A stretch of 63,311 nt of DNA, the filler included, from Intoshia linei (taxonomy: Eukaryota; Animalia; Orthonectida), in NCBI GenBank assembly GCA_001642005.1. It is 6 parts of 6 records of this genome, joined end to end, with 100 filler letters (N's around TTAATTAATTAA, not from the genome) between each part and the next. Parts side by side here need not be neighbours in the genome. Positions count along the whole stretch, not along the records: positions 50,622 to 63,311 come from LWCA01001069.1; 5 more parts are not named here. One strand, given 5' to 3'. Position numbers and translations under genes: made by a program. Position 1 is the first letter of the stretch; every line of letters begins with the position of its first letter. Shown one piece after another: positions 54,401-63,311 of this stretch. The notes beneath the pieces were generated by a model, which did no database searches, was not told where the DNA came from, and saw only the letters and a program-made list of their open reading frames with translations.

Positions 54401-57400
54401 GTATTAGTTCTATCAAGTTTGTTAATCATTGGAGTTAATTGTGTTATCCTTGTAATATTACTACTTGTCTAACCTGTGGCCTCAAATAAATTTTTTTATT
54501 TAATACAAAAATAGCAGTAGGAGAAACTTAGAATAAACTAGACTATTAATAATTTTTTATTTTAGATGCGTTTACGTTAGTTTTTTTATATCATGTATAT
54601 TTTTTTAGTATTATGTTTATCAATTTTGATATGACTGTTAGGTAGTGTCGCCAGAAAAAAGACGTATTATCAATTTTAGTATATTTGATAATAAATGTAA
54701 AGCCAAAACTACTTATATATGATGACGAATAAAAATTTTCGGCTTAAAATTTATTCCAAATAAACTAAAATTTATAGTACGTCTTTTTTCTGGTCACACT
54801 ATGTTAGGGTGTCACACCCATCAAAGAATCAAGTGTAATTAGCACTAAAAGTGTGTATTTTTAAAATATAAAAACTAATTCGCAATCAAAAACATTTAAC
54901 GCTATCTATTCGAGTTGCGTTTGTCATTTTAAATATCACTTTAAAAATAATATGGAAAAATTATGGAAACTGAACTTTATTTTAACGGAAATTGGCTTTT
55001 GAGCTTTTAAATGTGGTACCGACTTTATAATATTGTTCTCCATGTTTAGTTATACAGTTAATTTTTTTAAACTTGTTTATAGCTAAATTTTTTGGATTTT
55101 ATTAACGATTTAATTACCATAATTCTGGCTATTTACATTATTTAAATTTTATTCAATGCATAATATGAATTGTATATATTTAAGCAGATATGACCATTTA
55201 TAAGAGTAATTTAATAGAAGCTACATCTTCAAAATTAATGCATAATCTTATACACTTGTATATTTCATATTTCATTTTCATATTTCGAATTTTTCGATAA
55301 TATTATTCATTATTATTCTTGAAAATTTAAAATTTTAGAAATATATAATAATATAGAATCGGGAATATTCGCCTCCTTCTTCAATTGAAGGTTTAATAAT
55401 TTTCAGGGTTATTATTAACATTATTAAGTGTATTAACATTATTAACATATAAAATAATAAACCTTCGAATAACGCCACACAGAATTGATATAATTTTGTA
55501 TACGACCTTAAAGCAATAGTTTCTTAAATTCGTGAATTTAAAGTGATGTATAGAATAAATATGTCGTTTTTCATAAAAATTATAAATTTGAGTAAAAAAT
55601 ATTTTAATATGAAGATATCCTTGATATGCACATCGATATATCAAATTAATATTCTTTTCAAAATTAATGCCAGATAAATACAACATAAATCGTGCTAATA
55701 TAATAAAAACAGTACTAATCGCTTGGTTTTTAAATTTTTGATATTTTATTTTCTTTTTATATAATTTTGATGTATGTTGCATCTACATTAATAATTATAA
55801 TTATAAATATAAAAGATAAACTGATAATATTAAAATTAAATTTACTAAATATAGTTTAAAAAATTTTAATTCATAATTACCTGAAATATAGAATTTTCGC
55901 AAAAATCAACGAAAAAATCTAATATATATAAATTACAGAAATCTTTTAATAATACGATTTATTAATGCAAAGTGTAGAGACTAATTATTTCATAGAAATT
56001 ACCTATTTTTTCATTTTCACCTTCGTTATTAGAAACTGCATATAAAAAATCCTTTTTAAAATCCTAATATATAATATTAATGATGTTATGCATGTATATT
56101 AGGGTGTCACACCCATCAAAGAATCAAGGGCAATTAGCAGTACAAATTGCCCATCGAATTCTAAAATTTTCCAAAAAATTTGACACCCTAATGTATATGT
56201 TATATATAATATGTATATATATATAATATGTTATACATAATTTATAATTGATACAATGAATTGAAATGTATATTATGTAAACCTAGGTGTATAAAATCAT
56301 CTATCAAAAAAATAACAACGGCGCTGAATTTGCAAATTTTCATTTTAGTGTCAGTTCAAAATGTCACTTTGACATATTCCCAAAAATAATAATATGAAAA
56401 ATATTAAAATTTTAAACAAAATGTAAAATATTTCGCAATTTATGCAACCATGTTTTGATACAAGTTTGAATGGAGTGAAGAGTTAATAAATATACCCTAA
56501 TTTGCGGTTTTATCCACTGATCCATGTACGTTTGTTTGATTTCGAAGTATACTATTTCAATGTTCCCGTTAACACCGATTATTTCTATTGTACCCAAAAA
56601 GGGAGAAAAATAATTCATTAAATCATGGGCACTATCCGTAAACATCTGCAATCTAAATCAATATCTATTTAGACTAAATTTGTAATTTAAAATATCAAAC
56701 TAATAATGATTATCATAATAAGAAATTATAAATAAATGAAGAAATTCTTACTTTGGCTGATTGGGTAAATGTTCAGATAAATTTTTTAGTAAAAGAGCAA
56801 ATATAAATCCTATAGTTTTAGCTGGGTGATAAAATCTTTCCTTTAATTTTTGTAAATCAATTATTCCATCATTATCTGAATTGATACAGCACATTATGTA
56901 TTCTATTTCATTTCTGTAACATATAATCAAGATGTAAAAATCAAAATATTAAATTACAATATAATATTAATATACAAAACATATATAATAATATAATATA
57001 GTATATAATGTAAAAAATCCACCAAGTTTCTTTTGAGTATCATGGATGTATGTATATAATAGAATATGTTAAGATTTTATTATACTAATAGTAAAAAAAT
57101 AAATTGAAAAATTTAAATATGTTTTTTAAATTCTAATAAGTTTTTTTGATTGAAAACGTTAAAATATAAGATAATACAACTAAAAGTATGATCTTATCTG
57201 AAGAATTGTATCATTCTTAGTTCTTGATCAGGGGTGTCAATTATGCGGCCCTCGGACCATTTGTGGCCCCCAATTATGGAATGTGCGGCCTGCGTTATAA
57301 TATAAATTTTTATTTTTCATAACAATTTTTTACTCATATTTCTTATTTTACAGTTTTTTCATATATTTTGCATGATTTATTTATTATTACAATTTTTACA

Positions 57401-60400
57401 CTTATTCCATTTTTATTGTTTCATATTTCATTTTATGAATTGAATTGAATATTATTATAAATTAATTAAATGTGTTAGTTTTAACATAATTATTTGAGTA
57501 AAGATTTTTTTGTGCGGCCCGCGGAATAATTTTTTTTTCACATTTGGCCCGCCAAAAAAATTGAGTCTGACACCCTGGTTCTTGATGGTAACATGCTATG
57601 ATATTAAAGTATTTATTTGTTAAATAATTATAATTATTAAATAATTCCATGGTAATACTGGGTATAAATTCTTTCATATATTAACGTATTATGGAATTCT
57701 GAAATTGTGACTATACCGTCTTGATTTTCATCAGATAACTAAATTTAAACAATTTTAATTTAAATTTTATTAATATTAAATATAGTTTAATTCAACAATG
57801 TTGTATAGTTAAGATCTAATTCAGACAATTACAACTGTATGGGTAAATCTTACTAATTTTTTAGAACAGTGATCTTCAAACCTTTTTATTTCGCTAACAC
57901 CTATCAATTATATACAATGTACATTGTAACATAGAAAAGTTAACACAATTTTATTATATATTATTATTGTAAAAAAAAACGGTTTAGTGGTACTGTCTTA
58001 TAAAAAAAATTTGTTATTAAGACTGACCACGATAGTAATTTTCGTTATATTTTAATTCGTTAGTCTGGGTTAAAATTCTCAATACAGTAAAGTATAGTTC
58101 ATCTTATAAAATAATATTATTATTCAATCTTTAATTTGTTTCTATTTTTCATATTTTGATTAGAATATCGCTTGTCTAACCTGGTATGCTATTTAAAATA
58201 AATGTTTACCTTGAATACTGACGATTTACATATTTTATGCATTTTCAAAAAAACATCAAAAAATTGAATAATTTTCTAAATATAAACTTTAAAATAAATT
58301 AATTTATGAACATAGTAAACACATTTAATATTCATTTCTATTCATTTTAAATTATCTTTTTAATATAAATATGGTAAAAATTAAGTAGCGAAACTGTAAA
58401 ACACTCCTTAATAATTTAATAATAATAATTCTTAATAAACTATATACAAGTAATTAAAATTAAAATCATTATATAAGTTTTAACCTACACTAGACCACAA
58501 AATAAAACTTTTTTTCGAAGATCTGTATAAAATGCATATCATTAAATAGCTGAAATTTTTGTGGTAACATGATATTTTAGTTTATATTTTCCAATTCGCA
58601 ATCAAAAAATGGATGATTATAATACCATAGTAACTATCATATTTTAACAAATCGCAATTAATTACTTACTATAATATACTATAAATACTATACTATAAAC
58701 TTAATATAAATAATGTATAGATTGAGATATTTTATTTCATTTGTAAATGTAAAAGTACATTGTAGTAGAATGATTGTACTTTGTAATTGGTTGGCTACTG
58801 TAGCAACAAAAATATTTCATTTCTATAAATATCTAACATTAAAGACACAATAAATAGTGAATACGATCACCAATTATTTAATGTTATATATCATCGTAGT
58901 CGCCATTCAATTATCTACAATATGATATCGTTTTTGAGAAAATCTATTTTTGAGTGTTGACTAGTGTTATACTATACCTTTTTAATTTCAAATTAAGAAT
59001 AATACTAAGAGTTATGGAATATGAAAAAACATAAATTCAAGTTAAATGTGTCCGGGGAGTTGGTAAGATAAATTTCAATCTGTTTAACATTCCATATCCA
59101 TTTTATCGCTAGGAATTAATTAATTAACAAAAATGAGCATATTATTAAAATCAGTTAATTAGGTTTAATGAAATTTTTATTTTATGGGTCCACCAGATCG
59201 ACTTGACTGATTTACCCTATATTAACTTAATATCAAATGAAATAATTAGGTGTATTAGTAAAGAGTATTAAAATTGTTATTTTAGTTTAAAAATATACTT
59301 TAACAGATTTTTTAGATTTTTTAAGCATATCAACCATTTTCAGTCCTATTTTTCCGTTAACTTTATTCCCTAGATAAATAAATAATTATAATTTGAATTT
59401 TCATCAAATTGATGTTATGAATATGGAAAGAATAATAATAATTAAATTCAAAATAATGAATCTACATTTTCCTTAATAAAGCTGGCTTCACAAATTTTTT
59501 ATTGTGATTTAAGCCAAAATGTAAAAATTTGATAGATAATCTTTTTTAAACTTTATAGGTTATCCAAACAATAAAATTTTACTTTACAAAATTATACCTT
59601 CTAGTAGAGACAATAACATTATCATATATTCTTTTTGTAGTGATAAGATTTGCTTCAATAAATCATTTTGATTCGTCATCTAAAATTGTTTATGATTTTA
59701 AAAAATGGATGAAAGTTTGGTTATAAAAATATATACAGTATTCTTTCTATAACCCGTCATTCTTGGGATTTAGAAAAAGTTGGCGAGATAGAAAATATCA
59801 AACTATAAAAACAGCATATAAAACCTTTAAATTAAAGGTTAAATTGTAATAAAATTTAAATTGTAATACAAATTGTACAATGTAATACAAAATAACTATA
59901 AACTTATTTTGAAAAATGGTTTTAAAACTTTTAGTTTATACTTTAAATTAATGGCGTAAATAAATTCAAAATTTGATATAAATCGTCAATTTTTAAAAAT
60001 AGCTATTCTATCAAGTTTATTATCTTATATATTTATATATTTTTTATGAAATAACTCATTAAAAAAATATTGAATATTAAAAAGGCAGTCGATTTATTAG
60101 CCATCAAATAAAATGCGTTAACATCAAATTGTAAATTCTATCATCAAATAAATACAATAGCAGTCAATAGAAAGTAATTAGACAATAATTTTAGTTAATT
60201 TGAAGGCAATTTATTACGTCTAGCAACAATACATATATTTGTGCTCAAATTAAATGTTATAGCATCAGTAAAGTTAATTTTCCAATTTAATTTATCAAAT
60301 AATAACATTTAAAGTCAAATTAATTTTATTCAACTTCAAATTATATATAATCAAATTAAATAATTTTGAATTTAACATATTAAATTTCATTTAGCAAGAT

Positions 60401-63250
60401 TAATTTTAATTAACAAAGATTAAAAATTAATATTCAGTAATGAAATTGAACAATATCAAAGGAAAATTGTCCGCTTCAGTGAACATAAAATTTTATTCCT
60501 CATTGTTAACTCATAAAATTTGAAATTAAAATATTGGAAACAAATGAAAATATATTTGATAAATATATAAAAAAAATGTTCCAAGAATATGAAGTATGTT
60601 ATAACAATCAGGAATGGAAGCTATCAACGTGTACTTGTCGATTTTTTTTTAAAAATCTTAAATGTAAACACTTAATATTGGTAGCAATGCATTTAAATTT
60701 ATTGAAAAATGATGATTTATTGGTTGAATTAAAATCAATTTTCATCGGAGAGAAAAAAAGAGGACGTCTCAAAGGAGCCATAGGCTTTAATTTTAGATTA
60801 AATAAACATTAATTAGTAGTAAATTTACTGTTTTCCTCATGTTATTTATATATTTGATACTACACATGCGATTTAATTTGATGTTTATTGTCATTATTTG
60901 ACTGTTCAATCAACTATTTTGATTTAAATTCAATTTTATTTTCTTAAAAATATCTTTATTTTGACTTGTCTGAATTTTATCGTCTATTAAAAATAATTTG
61001 AATAATATTCGATATTAGTTACAAAATCATTACTTGAGAAAGCTTGTGTTGCATATTTGCAACAATATGATTGTATCCTTGCATTGATTCCCAGAATATT
61101 TCATTAGATATGGATTCTTGATTTGGAGTACAAGGACCCTAATAATTTTTTTTATAGAGTATATATAAATGTATCATAATAATAATGTTAAATTCAAAAC
61201 ATTTAATATTAAGTGTCGAATAAGTAAAAAGGCTTTGATGCTGCCTACGAATTTGTGATTTATGGAATATAATAATATCTATAAAATAAATAAAATTAAT
61301 TTAAATAATAGTGACGGCTGCCAGATACACTATTAACAGAGAAATAGCCGTCACTGACATTCCCTGGTTTTTTCTTCACTGATATTATATTAATATTTAT
61401 TGATTAATTAATTAAGTCTAATTCATCAGATGATCATCTTAATTTAAGAGGAATATTCCTTATTTAATTTTAATAACACGATTGCTTGCAACCATAACAC
61501 CATTCTTGGAACGATGGTATTTTGGCTTGAAAAGCTCTATATATAAAAATACTCTTTTATTTAGCTGTACTTATTAAAATATAACTTGTAATATTGTCAC
61601 TATACTGTTGCTTTATGGAATACAACGAAACAATATACCTTCAACATAATTAACCCCTTTATTAATATTTATATTTTTTTGATAAATATCATTATATACC
61701 ATATATCATAAATTCGTAGACAGCATCAAAACCTTTTCACCTATTCGACAGGTAATAATAAATGATTTAAAATTAATTTTGTTTCAGAAAAAATTAATAT
61801 TAATTTAAATATAAAGGGAATTGTAATTAAGTATCGATTTCATAAAAAATATATAAAAACGAGATTAAAGGGAATTATTCATTTTAAATTAAACGTTAAT
61901 GTGAAATTCAAGGGTAGGAATGACTTCTTTAAATGATTGTTAATAATGAGTAACATTTTTAATTAACATTTTATTATTGAATTTATTTTTTTTGATAGAA
62001 TTAGATAAGTTCGTCCTCGGCACAGCTAGGTGCTGTTTGTACATATTAAATAACAGTCAACCTAGTTAAATATAAAAAATTACTTGCATATATTCTGTCA
62101 ATGTTCGAAATATTTGTATAGATACTGCAATACACTTTTTGAATGATTCACACCCTATAATATCAATAGTAGATTTGGTGGAATAATAATTGAATAGATC
62201 CATCATTGATTTTTGTAGTTTTGCCATATAACTGACTGTCACTGTTACCAAATTTATAGAATTTTCACAATTTTGATTTCTCAGATAAGATTGAAAACCT
62301 ATACATAATAGAAACGCAATTTAATTATTATTAAATTATTTAAGGCTATAGTGTCAACTAGTGTATACTGGAGGTGTGTAATTTTTATTAATTTTTTTTG
62401 AAATGTGTTGGTCCAAGCACGGTTAAAATAAATGGTTTAAACTTTTGAACATTATTTACATTATTAGAGATTTTGAACAACATTTACTTTATACTTACTA
62501 AGTAGCTTCAATATTATCTACTTCGTAAAAACAGTATATAGCTCTGTTCAGGGGAATTATGTTAATTTTGTGTTTTATTATTGATTATTTTATAATCATT
62601 AACGCCCCTAATTTTTGTAAAATTGAACAATACTCAATACAATTTGCACACAATAATGTTTGCAATACTTATTAAATATGTTTTGAACTAAAATTATAAA
62701 AATGACACATCCAAGCATACAACGTATCTATGTATGGTAAAATTCATGTATTATGTAAAACTTTGTTTACCAATATTATGACCTTCACAAAGAAGTTGCA
62801 AAAAACGAAATATTTTGATAATAAATTCATAATCTGTAATAATGAAGTCCTTGTCGATGAAATGTAAATTGAAGTCATGATTATCCACTCCCATTATGTC
62901 TAGTGTTTTAGATCGGTAAAAGTTGCTTAACTCGAATTTACTAAATTAAAATTAATGTAATAGCATATTATTATAATGTAACTTCAGATTAATCTGTAAA
63001 CTATTTGAAAAATGCGCTCCAATTTTCCAATAAATTTACTAGACTCTAGTGACTAGAGTGTTTCATATTTTGATAAATCATAATAATATATATACAGTAG
63101 TTTTTGTACAATATGAATGAAAAGGGACCCAATATTTAATAAATTAATATAGTGAAGAAATTTTTTCAATACGAATGATAAATAAATTATTTCAAATGAT
63201 AAATAAATCATTACTGTCAAAACTGTTGAATTTAAAACATTGTATTTCAA
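51410..63250 (-). CDS. RYR: Ryanodine receptor, C-terminal portion (core solenoid, EF-hands, start of transmembrane region); partial
   Basis: Ordered exons IFRFLQLLCEGHN, FQSYLRNQ...IFRTLTEYMQ, GPCTPNQESIS..FWE, MIMLLSLLE|GNKVNGKIGLKMVDML, QFFDVFLKM, DENQDGIVTISEF, ERFYHPAKTIGFIFALLLKNLSEHLPN, YFSPFLGTIEIIG..IEIVYFEI..QWIKPQIR, FVDFCENSIFQ|MQ and the S1 helix ATRNFFKMKIMRLGITFLINTFLL. Confidence 0.93.
52568..54187 (-). mobile_element. Non-autonomous Helitron-like element in a RyR intron, both ends present
   Basis: Minus strand A|TCttaacttatataatat (54187) ... hairpin + CTTG variant|T (52568). Confidence 0.82.
56100..56190. mobile_element. 91-bp hAT MITE (TIR TAGGGTGTCA, TSD ATGTATAT)
   Basis: atgtatat at 56092-56099 and 56191-56198. 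Confidence 0.92.
57229..57578. mobile_element. hAT MITE, TSD (G)TTCTTGAT
   Basis: caggggtgtca ... tgacaccctg with gcggccc subterminal repeats, flanked by gttcttgat on both sides. Confidence 0.85.
60534..60812 (+). mobile_element. MULE/Mutator transposase C-terminal SWIM zinc-finger remnant
   Basis: STCTCRFFFKNLKCKHLI (CxCxnCxH) followed by KKRGR. Confidence 0.75.
61195..61775. repeat. Long imperfect inverted repeat (~110-bp arms) enclosing ~350 bp
   Basis: tgtcgaataagtaaaaaggctttgatgctgcctacgaatttgtgat pairs with atcataaattcgtagacagcatcaaaaccttttcacctattcgaca. Confidence 0.85.
61790..62065 (+). mobile_element. Helitron-family 3' end in a RyR intron
   Basis: cctcggcacagctaggtgctgtttgtac...aacagtcaacCTAG|t (62062-62065). 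Confidence 0.75.
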
Positions 63251-63311
63251 AAAACTGTATATTTAAAATAAATAAATAATAATATATAATAATAAATATA
63301 TAAAATAAACA

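Noticed and set aside
1-63311. tRNA, rRNA, snRNA or spliced-leader RNA genes
   Set aside because: No convincing cloverleaf or conserved RNA motif was seen by eye. A covariance-model scan would be needed to exclude them.

Overview
Very AT-rich animal genomic DNA with many ~35-60 nt GT-AG introns. Five assembly gaps (N-run/TTAATTAATTAA/N-run linkers near 10.8, 13.5, 35.1, 39.7 and 50.5 kb) join six contigs. The style fits a compact parasitic invertebrate such as the orthonectid Intoshia, which is my inference only. Host genes reconstructed by manual splicing: a TRERF1/ZNF541/MIDEAS-type zinc-finger gene (+, ~20.1-27.75 kb), a complete DNAL1 (-, 27839-29087), the 3' half of CSDE1/Unr (-), a disabled CLC-6/7-like channel (+), a SMYD-type SET methyltransferase (+) and the C-terminal part of a ryanodine receptor (-, 51.4-63.3 kb). 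The rest is a dense mosaic of transposable elements: a non-autonomous Helitron family with at least 12 copies, hAT MITEs with 8-bp TSDs, Tc1/mariner, Chapaev3-like, piggyBac-like ends, MULE and Gypsy remnants. Two observations stand out. First, roughly 15-18 decayed fragments resembling the small GTPase Ran lie every few kb in introns and intergenic DNA, like an interspersed repeat family derived from a housekeeping gene. Second, an endogenous RNA-virus fragment (virga/nege-like capping methyltransferase) sits next to Gypsy gag/pol remnants. All homology calls are by-eye comparisons with remembered sequences; no searches were run.
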